From: Candidatus Velthaea sp.
GTDB taxonomy: Bacteria > Vulcanimicrobiota > Vulcanimicrobiia > Vulcanimicrobiales > Vulcanimicrobiaceae
Assembly: GCA_965214935.1 (NCBI GenBank)
Contig: CBDCCS010000022.1
Span: 96,001-160,000, forward strand
Reading direction: 5' to 3'
Length of the DNA stretch: 64,000 bases
The first letter of the stretch is position 1. Each line of letters opens with the position of its first letter. Positions 10,814-20,248 of this stretch are shown in pieces. The notes beneath the pieces are model-generated. The model was not told the DNA's origin. It did not search any database and saw nothing but the letters and a program-made list of their open reading frames with translations. The translations under genes and the position numbers were made by a program.

Positions 10814-12424
10814 TCATCGATGGAGCGTCTCGAGAACGTCGAGCAACACGCGCGGGTCGTGCGCTCCCTTATACAATGGCGTTGGCGCAACGTCGAGCTG
10901 TAAAAGCTTATATACGGCCGCTTGAGCCGATCGGATCGAGTATTCGACCGTGAACACGACCTCATCGGGCTGCTCGCAATACTGACCGATGAACGCCAGA
11001 TTTGTCGATCCGGCGGGAACGATTTCGGGACGATCGCCGGCTTTCCGAACCAGAAACTCACTCGTAATGTAGGGCATCATGCACGGAATGACGTTTGAAG
11101 TAGCTAGGATCGCGTCGCGCTCGGCACCGAACTGCAAGTGCCCCAGCACCTCTTCGAGGAGTTCTTTGCCGGTGCACTGCGCCATCGGCTTACGCACGAA
11201 ATTACCGATCCGGTCGTGTTTGAGACCGTATCCCCACCAGATAGATTCGCCTGCGCGTTGTTCGGCAAAGAACGGCTGACGAAAGATCGACAGAGTGATA
11301 AGCCAGTTAGAGTCTTTAAACGTTATTAGGCCGCCTTGGCCGGCCTTGCTTCCGCTGAAATCACGCATCAAATCCAAAAAGAGCGGAGCACTGTCAGTGA
11401 CGGTAAACGATTCCCAAAGCGAACGTTCGATGTGCCCATCGAACACGGAGGGATTGCCGAACTGCGGCCGGCCCTCGGCAAGCGTATGCCATAAGCGCCA
11501 CGCTCCGCTGCGCCGGCTGCGATCGATGACCGGTGCGGTATGCATGCTTCCGAACGATTTGTCGGCGGTCATCGAGCCGTTGGTGACAAAGACAAAATCG
11601 TCGGCTTCGATCGAAAGAACAACCGGCGCGGTCGACGTGCGATCCGGACCAGTGCATGTCAGCGAAGTGACGGTTAGCGCTTGGGATGACACGCGATCGC
11701 CCCGCAATGCGGTGCTACCGCTGCGAAAGCCGAGATCGAGCACCGTCGTCCCGCACTGTAGCGTGACCCCCGCGTCGCGAAGCCAAGCGACCAACGGCAC
11801 CGCAATGGAGTCGTACTGATTGTATTTCGTACGATACACCCCGGCTTGGGTATCGATGGTCGAGAAGTGATGCATGAAGCGTAGCAGATAGCGCTTGAAT
11901 TCGATCGCGCTGTGCCACGGCTGAAACGCGAAGAGCGTACACCACTCGAACCAGAAATTTGTGTTAAAGAATTCGGGTGGAAAGCAGTCCGTAATGCGCT
12001 TTGAATTCAAAGCGTACTCAGGTGTCGCCGTGAGCAAGAGCAGATCAACCCGGTCGCGTTCAGAGAAACCCAGACTATGCGAATCCACGATCGTTCGCTC
12101 ACGATCGACGAGCCGCGCACGATTGTTCCACGGCGTTTGCGCCGCGGCGCGGTTCGTTTCAGCCGTAATCGACAGACGTTCGTCCGAGCGCGACGGGATC
12201 GAACTCAACAGGTCAAACGTACAGTTGTATTTGCTTTCGAACATGCGACTGCCGCTCATGAAATAGCCGTGCTCGGCATCACCGTGTGCATCGAGCGCTC
12301 CGCCATACTGCGTCGACTCTTCGAACAACGTGATATCTCGGCCGTCGACTGCAGCGTCGCGGATGAGGTAGGCTGCTCCGGCAAGTGCGGCAATGCCGCT
12401 GCCGACAAAATAGAATTTGCTCAT
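10814..12424 (-). CDS. ohyA: Oleate hydratase (MCRA family)
   Basis: GSGIAALAGA, TNFW..W.TLFAFQPWHSAIEF, YNQYDS, TNGSM, CMMPYITS, VFTVEYSIRSA. Confidence 0.9.
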   Translation of the reverse strand: MSKFYFVGSGIAALAGAAYLIRDAAVDGRDITLFEESTQYGGALDAHGDAEHGYFMSGSRMFESKYNCTFDLLSSIPSRSDERLSITAETNRAAAQTPWNNRARLVDRERTIVDSHSLGFSERDRVDLLLLTATPEYALNSKRITDCFPPEFFNTNFWFEWCTLFAFQPWHSAIEFKRYLLRFMHHFSTIDTQAGVYRTKYNQYDSIAVPLVAWLRDAGVTLQCGTTVLDLGFRSGSTALRGDRVSSQALTVTSLTCTGPDRTSTAPVVLSIEADDFVFVTNGSMTADKSFGSMHTAPVIDRSRRSGAWRLWHTLAEGRPQFGNPSVFDGHIERSLWESFTVTDSAPLFLDLMRDFSGSKAGQGGLITFKDSNWLITLSIFRQPFFAEQRAGESIWWGYGLKHDRIGNFVRKPMAQCTGKELLEEVLGHLQFGAERDAILATSNVIPCMMPYITSEFLVRKAGDRPEIVPAGSTNLAFIGQYCEQPDEVVFTVEYSIRSAQAAVYKLLQLDVAPTPLYKGAHDPRVLLDVLETLHR

Positions 12425-12614
12425 CTGGTCGTAACCCTCACTTTTGTACCGTAGGGCGAAAGATTGCGAAGCTCACCCTACGACAAGCCGGAGCATGGGA
12501 ACATTATGGAAATGAGCAAAGACAACGGACCAAAACGCTCTTGTCGGCTTTGCTCACATGCAAAGAAGCGGACTCACAGCCGTTCACTGTCGCGCCGTTC
12601 TCCTTGCCGTCGTG

Positions 12615-13154
12615 TTAGTTGCTCGACAATACCGCGGCGTGCATGTCGGGAAGCGGAAGACCGGCCTGTGCGAGAATGTCTTTCGCGTGGTTGGCTTCTT
12701 GACGCGAACCATGCGCGACAACGAGAAATTTGCCGGCCTTGACCGCGGTTTCATAATGCAGAATGCTGTTCTTGGGAACGCCGAGTCCGACGAGGCCCGC
12801 CCCGAATGCACCGATCGCGCCGACGAGCACGGCGCCTTCGAGCGCCGAAACGATCGCGGCGACAATCGGCCCGGCCGCAACCAACGGCCCGAAGCCGGGA
12901 ATGATGAAGAACGCCGCGCCGAAGAACAAGCCCCAAATCCCGCCCCAGAACGCGCCGTTCTTGCCCCAAGATCTCATGCGGTCGCCGGTGTTGTAGTAAC
13001 CCACGACATCTTCTTCGCTGTGATAATCCGCGCCGATGATCGATAGTTTACGCATGTCAAATCCCCCGCGCTCAAGAGCCTTGACGGCGGTCTCTGCTTC
13101 GCCGTGATCGGAATAGACGGCGACTGCGGTTCCGGTATCGGTTACAACTTGCAT
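12615..13154 (-). CDS. General stress protein-like membrane protein (YflT/DUF1269-like)
   Basis: AVY..H.EAE.AVK.L..GGFDM.KLSIIG; Gly-rich TM segment WGG.WG..FG; AAGP. Confidence 0.75.
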   Translation of the reverse strand: MQVVTDTGTAVAVYSDHGEAETAVKALERGGFDMRKLSIIGADYHSEEDVVGYYNTGDRMRSWGKNGAFWGGIWGLFFGAAFFIIPGFGPLVAAGPIVAAIVSALEGAVLVGAIGAFGAGLVGLGVPKNSILHYETAVKAGKFLVVAHGSRQEANHAKDILAQAGLPLPDMHAAVLSSN

Positions 13155-13207
13155 GTGTTTGCTTTCTCGAACCAAGGTGTGCTCGGTCGCTTCGGCGATC
13201 GGCAGAA

Positions 13208-13735
13208 TTAGTAGACGGCGATCGACTCGGCGATCGGCAGAACGAGGACTTCAGAGCCCGCCGGCGCGAGCACATCGAGCCTTACAAAGCGACGGCGAAG
13301 GTAGGTGTAAAAAACCGCAATCACGACACCCCAAAGCGCGTGACCGCAGAACTCTGACGCTTGTTCGTTCAGCGGTAGCGCCCAGGTCGGCGGGGTGAGA
13401 CCGATAAGCGGCATCACGATCTCGTGACCGCCGATCCAAATCGCAACCCCGAATGTGACGCCCGCGCCGATCTCGACGAACGGAAAAGATTCAACGAGGG
13501 CGCCGAACGCAACACCGGCGAGAATGCTGAATGCGAACTGAATGACGAGCGATTCCCACAACGCGGTAGGCATATGAGTAAACATCGTGACGAGCAGCGA
13601 CGGCTCGGCAATGCGATCGGCGGTTCGCGGAGACCACGTAACGTCCCAACCGAGTTTAAACCAGCCGCCCATGAGACCGGCGATCGCACCCGCCGCTATC
13701 GCAGCGCTCAAACGTTTCCGCGGTGAGGAACTCAA
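13208..13735 (-). CDS. DUF1440/YagU family membrane protein
   Basis: KLGWDV..SPRT, HEIVMP..GLTPP.W.LP..EQ.SE..GHALW. Confidence 0.75.
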   Translation of the reverse strand: MSSSPRKRLSAAIAAGAIAGLMGGWFKLGWDVTWSPRTADRIAEPSLLVTMFTHMPTALWESLVIQFAFSILAGVAFGALVESFPFVEIGAGVTFGVAIWIGGHEIVMPLIGLTPPTWALPLNEQASEFCGHALWGVVIAVFYTYLRRRFVRLDVLAPAGSEVLVLPIAESIAVY

Positions 13736-13915
13736 CGTGTCTTACTTTCACCAGTCGCGTGTGGCGATTAAATCCGTCAATCGACGCTAACATTCGCACG
13801 ACCGATACGCTATCGTTGAAAACCCCGATAGAACACTCGATCGGCGGAACCGCAATTGTAGTCCATTCACGCCATTGCGCTTATAGCCAATTGCGCGGCC
13901 TGTGTACGGCTCGCG

Positions 13916-14452
13916 CTACCTCCGAGCCGGCGTTCGGATCAACGTCGTGAACTGCGGGCTGGACGTCCGTGTGCGCTTCTGGGCTATGTGCTGCCCGCGG
14001 CCGACAAGGGAGGCGACGAATCGGACCCAGGGGCTTGGTATCCCGCAACTTGCACAACCTAAGAGCGGGCGTACGTCGGACAAAAGCTCGTAGCTCAGAT
14101 TAAGAATTGTCTGAAACGGCCGCATGCCGAGAACCCGAATATGGAAAACCCATGCGAACCAGCGGCAATTCGGCAAATTGCGGAGCACCTCGGCAACTGC
14201 ATCACCGCCGAGCTTCATCGAACCATCGGGCATGAGCAAATGGATCGTCTCGTACGCATCCCAGATGTCGAGCCGTGGGTTCAACGCGCGAAGCGCTTGC
14301 GGATCGTCGCCGATCGAGCGTTCGATAAGTTTCGAACCGCCCGGTGTGCGCCGCGACATCGTATCGACCCACTGCGCAATCGTCCGGCAAACGGCGCATT
14401 CGCCATTGGTTAAGAGTATTGGTTTGGCCGTTGCCGGCACGTCCGATGTCAC
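13916..14452 (-). CDS. DCC1-like (DUF393) thiol-disulfide oxidoreductase
   Basis: N-terminal NGECAVC; IHL..PDG....GGDAV. Confidence 0.75.
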   Translation of the reverse strand: MTSDVPATAKPILLTNGECAVCRTIAQWVDTMSRRTPGGSKLIERSIGDDPQALRALNPRLDIWDAYETIHLLMPDGSMKLGGDAVAEVLRNLPNCRWFAWVFHIRVLGMRPFQTILNLSYELLSDVRPLLGCASCGIPSPWVRFVASLVGRGQHIAQKRTRTSSPQFTTLIRTPARR

Positions 14453-14805
14453 GCCGTAAACGGCTTTCTCAGAGCCGCCACGATGCTCGCTACAACCGGA
14501 CGAGGTCCTTCGGTTCGTCCAACTTCGCGACCGCTTAGAAACATGACGAATGTCGGTGTCCCACGTATTTGATAGGCGCTCGCGAGATCTTGGTCGGCAG
14601 CGACGTTGACTCGAAAGATTGGCTCATCGTCGGCAAGGATCTTAGCGGCTCGCTCGAGTGCAGGCTCAATCGCTCGACAGTGAGCGCAGCCGTACGACAT
14701 AAACTCAACGGCGATCGGGCCAGAGCCCGCAAGTACCAGCGCTTGGAACGTTTGCGCCGTCACCCCTTGAATTGCTTTTGCATCCTGCTGCTCAGCCTCA
14801 ATCAC
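14449..14805 (-). CDS. Thioredoxin family protein
   Basis: VEF...CAHC, YQIRGTPTFVMF..GREVGR; start uncertain. Confidence 0.8.
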   Translation of the reverse strand: MIEAEQQDAKAIQGVTAQTFQALVLAGSGPIAVEFMSYGCAHCRAIEPALERAAKILADDEPIFRVNVAADQDLASAYQIRGTPTFVMFLSGREVGRTEGPRPVVASIVAALRKPFTA

Positions 14806-15030
14806 GACTCGGCACGAGCAACGGCAACTTTCGGCGGGCTCGAGTCTGACGGCGCGCGGTTTGACCGAACGGCGCGTGCGCACCGGTGACAGCCCGCGAG
14901 CTTCGTGCGAACACCCGATTTGTGGTTAGCAAATGACGACATGCTTCACTGTAGCGCGAATCGCAACGGCGAAGAATCGTGGATTTCCTCGCTACGAGCG
15001 CTTTGACGATCGTAACGCCCGGCAAAAGGA

Positions 15031-15054
15031 AAACCCTTACCGACGTAAGGGTTT
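15031..15054 (-). terminator. Hairpin downstream of tRNA-Asn
   Basis: 10-bp stem aaacccttac/gtaagggttt with 4-nt loop, followed by TCCTTTT on the minus strand. Confidence 0.65.
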
Positions 15055-15058
15055 GAAG

Positions 15059-15134
15059 TGGCTCCCGAATCTGGACTCGAACCAGAGACCCGCTGATTAA
15101 CAGTCAGCTGCTCTACCAACTGAGCTATTCGGGA
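15059..15134 (-). tRNA. tRNA-Asn (GTT)
   Basis: Reverse complement TCCCGAATAGCTCAGTTGGTAGAGCAGCTGACTGTTAATCAGCGGGTCTCTGGTTCGAGTCCAGATTCGGGAGCCA; 76 nt, encoded CCA. Confidence 0.97.
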
Positions 15135-15323
15135 TCGGCTGCGTGCAAAAACGCCGTTGCGCAGTGGTGGTTTATTCGCGCCGTCCCAAACCGGCCCTTT
15201 GCATCGGCACAGCCCCAGGGACGGTACGGCTGCTTCGCGTAACCGGACGAAACCATGTTGTCGTTCGCCGGGCCGTAGCCCGCGCAACCTAGCTGCAACC
15301 GCTTTTATATTCGATGGGGCAAC

Positions 15324-16541
15324 ATGGCGAGTCTTTCACGCAGCGGCGCTTTTCGCTCGCCGTCGTTCGTACGCTTTTATCTCGGCCAATCGCTCAGTTA
15401 TGTCGGCGACGGGCTGCGTACGCTTGCTATTCCCTTGTTGGTGTTCAAGCTTACCGGATCTGCGGTTTCGCTCGGTGTTACCTTCGCACTCGAAATCACG
15501 CCGTTTGCGCTTTTTAGTCTCGTAGGTGGATCGCTCGCCGACCGTCTTGATCGCCGGATGCTCATGTTGCTTTCCGACGCCGTACGCTTTGCAATTATGC
15601 TGCTCTTTACGGTCGCCTACGCGACCCATCTGCTCACGTTGCCGCTGCTCTATTGCGGTGTGGTGTTGCTCGCAATGTGCGGTGCGATCTTCCTCGGTTG
15701 TCAGTCGCCGTCGATCCCGTATCTGCTCGGCAAGTCCGGCGCAAAACCGGCCGTCGCCATGCTCTTTGCAACCGAACAAGCCGTCAATCTCGTAGCGCCG
15801 CCCGTCGGTGGCGCGCTGTTCAATCTCGCCGGGCCGTTACCGGCGCTCGCGCTCAACGCGCTAACGTACTTAACGTCGCAAGTTTCGATCGCTTCAGTTA
15901 AGGATTTCGGACCCGACCGGCCTAGCGGCGTACCCGGCTTTGCCGACATGGGGGCCGACATCATGAACGGTTGGCGCTTCGTCATGCACGATGCAGCATT
16001 GCGCACGCTGACATTTGCGCAGTTGTTTATCAACGCGTTCGGCGCAATGGGGTTCGTCGTGCTTATTCCGTATTTCAAACGTGAGTTCGGCGCGAGCGAT
16101 CAAGTTGTCGGCTTGATCTTCGGCGCTATCTCGATCGGCACCGTCGTCGGCTCGATGGTTAGCGGCCGCACGCATTGGCCGTTCGGACGCGCGCTGATCG
16201 CTGCGTTCATTCTTGATGCCATGTGTTGGGCGCCGACAATTTGGACGCATTCGCTGGCAGTCGCCGTTGCAGCGGTCACCGCCGGTAGCGCCTGCGGCAT
16301 TTATGCAATAACGTCGATTGTCGCCTGGCGTATGCGCATCATTCCCGACGCGATGGTGGGTCGCGTCTTCGGCGTCATTCGCTTGATCGTCATCATCGGA
16401 ATGTTGCCGGGTTCGCTAGTGGGCGGACTGATCGGCGACCGGTATGGAACGCGGACGGCGATGCTCATATCGACGTTCGGTTATGCCGTGCTGGCGCTCA
16501 TAGTACTCGGTATACGATCGCTGCGGAGCGATAAGCGTTAG
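15324..16541 (+). CDS. MFS transporter (DHA3/macrolide-efflux-like)
   Basis: About 12 TM segments; motif A GSLADRLDRR; MVGRVFG. Confidence 0.9.
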   Translation: MASLSRSGAFRSPSFVRFYLGQSLSYVGDGLRTLAIPLLVFKLTGSAVSLGVTFALEITPFALFSLVGGSLADRLDRRMLMLLSDAVRFAIMLLFTVAYATHLLTLPLLYCGVVLLAMCGAIFLGCQSPSIPYLLGKSGAKPAVAMLFATEQAVNLVAPPVGGALFNLAGPLPALALNALTYLTSQVSIASVKDFGPDRPSGVPGFADMGADIMNGWRFVMHDAALRTLTFAQLFINAFGAMGFVVLIPYFKREFGASDQVVGLIFGAISIGTVVGSMVSGRTHWPFGRALIAAFILDAMCWAPTIWTHSLAVAVAAVTAGSACGIYAITSIVAWRMRIIPDAMVGRVFGVIRLIVIIGMLPGSLVGGLIGDRYGTRTAMLISTFGYAVLALIVLGIRSLRSDKR

Positions 16542-16621
16542 GCCGTCGGACGCGGAGTCGTACAAGCGGGGAAGGGTGCCATGCTCTCCAATACCAGCCG
16601 TTCCCAATACGAGGAAGCGAT

Positions 16622-17086
16622 ATGCGCCAACTAAGCAGTTCTCTCCAAGTAAAGGCGCCGGCCAGTTTTGCTCTCGCATTCGTTCGGACGTACTTCTTAC
16701 AACGCGGTCCGGAGGGCTCCGCCCGGCTCGCTCTGCGTTTCGCCTTGCCGAATATCATCATGAGCGGTTTAACGATCGAGAAAGTCGTGCTGCTCGAATT
16801 TGCATCTGCGCCGGCGGACGCACACCGGCAGAGCGTTGCCATCGGCTGGAAACCGCTCGCAACGCGCGCGTTGCCGAGTTTTTCGGGCATGCTCGAAGCG
16901 CTCGCCGTAAGCACGGAGACGTGCCGCTTGACCATCGACGGCGCATACACCCCACCGGGCGGGTTGGCCGGCGTGCTCTTCGATCGGATGATCGGCGTGC
17001 GCATCGCGCGTGCAACGCTTGCCGCGCTACTGGCTCGCTTCACCGTAGACATCGAAGCCGATTACTTGCAGCGCGTTTCGCGCTAA
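16622..17086 (+). CDS. Uncharacterised protein, SRPBCC/START-like family copy 1
   Basis: RBS GAGGAAG; LPSFSG.L ... YTPPGGLAGVLFDRMIG.RIA.AT shared with three other ORFs in the cluster. Confidence 0.75.
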   Translation: MRQLSSSLQVKAPASFALAFVRTYFLQRGPEGSARLALRFALPNIIMSGLTIEKVVLLEFASAPADAHRQSVAIGWKPLATRALPSFSGMLEALAVSTETCRLTIDGAYTPPGGLAGVLFDRMIGVRIARATLAALLARFTVDIEADYLQRVSR

Positions 17087-17095
17087 CGCACGGTT

Positions 17096-17122
17096 GTGAA
17101 CGCGCAATGAAGGCGGCGTGAA
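17096..17122. promoter_or_regulatory. Triple (G/A)TGAA-N6 direct repeat, putative OmpR-family site upstream of the oxidase operon
   Basis: GTGAA 17096, ATGAA 17107, GTGAA 17118; 11-bp period. Confidence 0.6.
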
Positions 17123-17166
17123 GGCCGATTCATTGCAAGCGCAAGCTGCGCAGCTACGATCGGACG

Positions 17167-17283
17167 ATGAAACCAGCCCTTGACGAGCCGCTTCCGACGA
17201 CGCTCGCTTTTGTCTTAAGTGTCGGCGCAATCATTCTCATCGGCTGGATCGGCATGTTTCTTCTGCTGCGAGCACGCTGGTAA
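17167..17283 (+). CDS. cbaD: ba3-type cytochrome c oxidase subunit IIa (38 aa, below ORF-track cutoff)
   Basis: MKPALDEPLPTTLAFVLSVGAIILIGWIGMFLLLRARW; single TM with W and C-terminal R, ending 3 nt before subunit II. Confidence 0.8.
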   Translation: MKPALDEPLPTTLAFVLSVGAIILIGWIGMFLLLRARW

Positions 17284-17286
17284 GCG

Positions 17287-17754
17287 ATGCACGTTCACCG
17301 CTACGAGCGAATCTGGCTATCGGTCGGAATTGCAATGCTCGCTTTTTTTCTTGCCGTCGTTGCAACGGCCGCCGTCGTCGACGGCTTCGTACCGCCGAGT
17401 CACGTGCAGACGATCGATCCGGCGCGCGTTGCCCAAACGCCGCCGTTCGATCATCCGGGTTTGCGCAAAGTCGGCGCGGGTGCATACGAGGCGTACTATA
17501 TTGCGCAAATCTTCTCGTTCAGTCCGCAATCGATTACCGTCCCGGCCGGATCTCGCGTTACATTCTATGTAACGAGCAGCGACGTCGAGCACGGCTTCAG
17601 CATCCCCGAAACCGGAGTGAATACGATGGTCACACCGGGCTGGGTCAGCTCCGTTTCACATACCTTTAAAACAGCCGGGACGTATCTGCTGGTGTGCAAC
17701 GAGTATTGCGGCAGCGCGCATCAACTCATGGCGGCCAAGGTCGTGGTGCGATGA
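17287..17754 (+). CDS. cbaB: ba3-type cytochrome c oxidase subunit II
   Basis: Single N-terminal TM (HRYERIW), DVEHGF, CuA motif CNEYCGSAHQLM. Confidence 0.92.
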   Translation: MHVHRYERIWLSVGIAMLAFFLAVVATAAVVDGFVPPSHVQTIDPARVAQTPPFDHPGLRKVGAGAYEAYYIAQIFSFSPQSITVPAGSRVTFYVTSSDVEHGFSIPETGVNTMVTPGWVSSVSHTFKTAGTYLLVCNEYCGSAHQLMAAKVVVR

Positions 17755-19442
17755 AGCTGATCGCGCGTCCGCAAGGTCCGCTCATTCCGGTCGCACCGCC
17801 GCCGCCGCCGGAGTTCGCTCTATCAAGGGCACGCGGCGATTTACTCGTGCTCACGTACATTTACACGGCAACACTGGTCCTGGGCGCCGGGGCACTGTTC
17901 GGCTTATTACAAGCATTCTCGCGTGCGAACTGGATCGCGTTACCGGCCTGGTTCGATTATTACCGGATGCTCACGGCGCACGGCGTCATGATGGCGCTCG
18001 TTTTTACAACCTTCTTCATCGTCGGCCTCTTCACGTATTGCACCTATCGGGCTATTCCACGCGAACGCACGTTCCGCTTAAATTGGACGGGATATTGCGT
18101 GATGCTGCTCGGGACGGTCATGGCGACCATCGCCATTCTCGACGGCAGCGCGAGCGTACTCTACACGTTCTACGCGCCGCTCAAAGCCAGTCCGCTCTTT
18201 TATTTCGGTGCGACTCTGCTCATAGCGGGAACCTGGTTTGTCGCAGCCGACATCATCGTGAACGTCCGCTGGTTTCAACGCCGTCATCGCGGCGCAAGCA
18301 TTCCGCTGCCGGCGTTCATGGCGCTCACGACGATGATCATGTGGATGATCGCGACGCTGGGCGTCGTCGCCGAGATGGGCATTCTTATTCCGTGGTCGCT
18401 CGGCTGGACGCATGGCGTCGACGTCGAGTTGACGCGCATGCTGTTTTGGTATTTCGGTCACCCGCTCGTGTATTTTTGGATTATGGGCGCGTATACGATC
18501 TGGTACGCAGTGGTGCCCACGACATACAAAGGCAGCGTTTTTTCCGACGCGCTGACGCGTGTTGCATTTCTCTCGCTGCTCGTGCTGTCGACGCCGGTCG
18601 GACTGCACCATCAGTTCCTCGATCCCGGCGTTCCGGCTGGTTGGAAGTTTCTGCATGCGGTGTTGACGTACGGCGTCGTCATTCCATCGTTCATGACGGC
18701 GTTTGCGATCTTTGCTTCGTTCGAGATCGCGGCGCGGCGCGCCGGCGTACGCGGTTTCGTCAACATCGTGCGTTGGCTGCCGTGGAAAGATCCGGCTTTC
18801 GCCGGACCGGGATTAGGCATGATTCTGTTCATCTTCGGCGGGTTCGGCGGCATCGTCAACAACTCGTATGCAATGGATGTGCTCGTCCACAACACCATGT
18901 GGATTGTCGGCCACTTCCATATCACCGTCGGCGGTCCGGTCGCTTTGACGTTCATCGGCGCGTCTTACCGGCTCATTCCGGCGCTGACCGGCCGCAAGCT
19001 GTTTGCCCCGCGCGCGGCATTAATCTCGATCTATCTCTGGTTCGTCGGCATGGTCGTCATGTCGATGGCGATGCATTGGGCGGGCCTTTTAGGTGCGCCG
19101 CGTCGTGCCTCGGACGTTACGTATCTCGGCGCGCAAGGTGCCTTGTCGTGGCATCCGGAGATGGTCGGCGCGGCCGTCGGCGGGACGCTCGTTGCCGTTG
19201 CGGTCTTGCTTTTCATCGTCGTTGCGACGGGCACGTATCTCAACAACGAAGTCGCTGAACGACCGCCCACCTTCGACTTTGCGCCGATCGACGAGAATGC
19301 CGGACCGACTCCGGCCGTGCTCGATAGATTCGGACGCTGGGCGGCAGTTGCTATCGTGGTTGCGGTCCTGGCCTATGCCGGACCGGTCGCGCAGGAAATA
19401 AGCAGCCATCCGTATTTAGCGCCCGGTCTGCGAACGTGGTGA
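17751..19442 (+). CDS. cbaA: B-family (ba3-type) heme-copper oxidase subunit I
   Basis: YY..LTAHG, LFWYFGHPLVYFW, GLHHQF, HNT.WIVGHFH, G.PRR; lacks the A-family PEVY glutamate. Confidence 0.93.
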   Translation: MKLIARPQGPLIPVAPPPPPEFALSRARGDLLVLTYIYTATLVLGAGALFGLLQAFSRANWIALPAWFDYYRMLTAHGVMMALVFTTFFIVGLFTYCTYRAIPRERTFRLNWTGYCVMLLGTVMATIAILDGSASVLYTFYAPLKASPLFYFGATLLIAGTWFVAADIIVNVRWFQRRHRGASIPLPAFMALTTMIMWMIATLGVVAEMGILIPWSLGWTHGVDVELTRMLFWYFGHPLVYFWIMGAYTIWYAVVPTTYKGSVFSDALTRVAFLSLLVLSTPVGLHHQFLDPGVPAGWKFLHAVLTYGVVIPSFMTAFAIFASFEIAARRAGVRGFVNIVRWLPWKDPAFAGPGLGMILFIFGGFGGIVNNSYAMDVLVHNTMWIVGHFHITVGGPVALTFIGASYRLIPALTGRKLFAPRAALISIYLWFVGMVVMSMAMHWAGLLGAPRRASDVTYLGAQGALSWHPEMVGAAVGGTLVAVAVLLFIVVATGTYLNNEVAERPPTFDFAPIDENAGPTPAVLDRFGRWAAVAIVVAVLAYAGPVAQEISSHPYLAPGLRTW

Positions 19443-20248
19443 TCCGAGCCCTCGTGCTGCTCGTCACGATTGCGTGGACGAGCGGTGCGGCGGTCGCACC
19501 GCTGCGTTTCATTCCGACACTCGAAGCCGGCGACGCGATCCCGACGACGTTAGCGCTTACCGCGCAAAACGGACGGCAATTTACGTTTTCGACGTTCGCG
19601 GGACGAGCCGTCGTCGTCTCGTTCATCTATACGCGTTGCCCCGACCCGCGCATGTGTCCGCTCGTAGCAGCCAAGTTCGCGACGCTGCAGCAGTCGATCG
19701 GGATTGCGCCGATCCGGCTGCTGCTCGTGACGCTCGATCCGGCGTACGACACACCGGCCGTTTTAGAGCGGTACGGTCGCAGGTTTGGCCGCAGCAGTAA
19801 CTGGACGCTTGCAACAGGCGCGCCAACGACAATCGATGAATTCGCCGCTCGGCTGGGCATTGCGACGGCTCGAAGCATACCGGGCAGCGTTACGCATACC
19901 GAAGCTGCCGTCGTCGTCGGTCCGGACGGCCGAATCGCCCAAACGATTTACGGCAACGCGTGGACGCCCGGCGAGCTGCTGGCCGGCGCGCGTGCGACGC
20001 TTCCGGCCGGACATAGCGGTTTGCTTACGCTGCGCACGTGGCTCGGCGCGACGCTCGAACGCTGCGGCGGCGGAGCGCTCGCTCTCGGCGGCGGCGGTAT
20101 GGTCGCCGTTTTCCTCGGCATGATGAGCGTCGCCGGAGCAGTCTTTTGGCTCGCGTTCCGTACGCCTCGGCGGCCCGTCAAGACCGGGGTGCAACCAAGC
20201 GCCGGTCGAATCGATACGGGATGCATCCCGGCGCCCGACCGGCAGTGA
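19436..20248 (+). CDS. SCO/SenC copper chaperone
   Basis: FIYTRCPDPRMCP, TLDPAYDTP..L, distal His (VTHTE); C-terminal TM. Confidence 0.88.
   Translation: MVIRALVLLVTIAWTSGAAVAPLRFIPTLEAGDAIPTTLALTAQNGRQFTFSTFAGRAVVVSFIYTRCPDPRMCPLVAAKFATLQQSIGIAPIRLLLVTLDPAYDTPAVLERYGRRFGRSSNWTLATGAPTTIDEFAARLGIATARSIPGSVTHTEAAVVVGPDGRIAQTIYGNAWTPGELLAGARATLPAGHSGLLTLRTWLGATLERCGGGALALGGGGMVAVFLGMMSVAGAVFWLAFRTPRRPVKTGVQPSAGRIDTGCIPAPDRQ

Noticed and set aside
14925..14975. GCAAATGACGAC, resembling a tmRNA tag start (ANDD)
   Set aside because: The frame does not end in an ALAA-like tag with a stop, and there are no tRNA-like tmRNA ends nearby.
18038..19258. Long alternative-frame and antisense ORFs (also 22060-23001, 35618-36457, 41760-42647, 48893-49801)
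   Set aside because: They lie wholly over well-supported genes and are typical shadow ORFs of GC-rich coding DNA.
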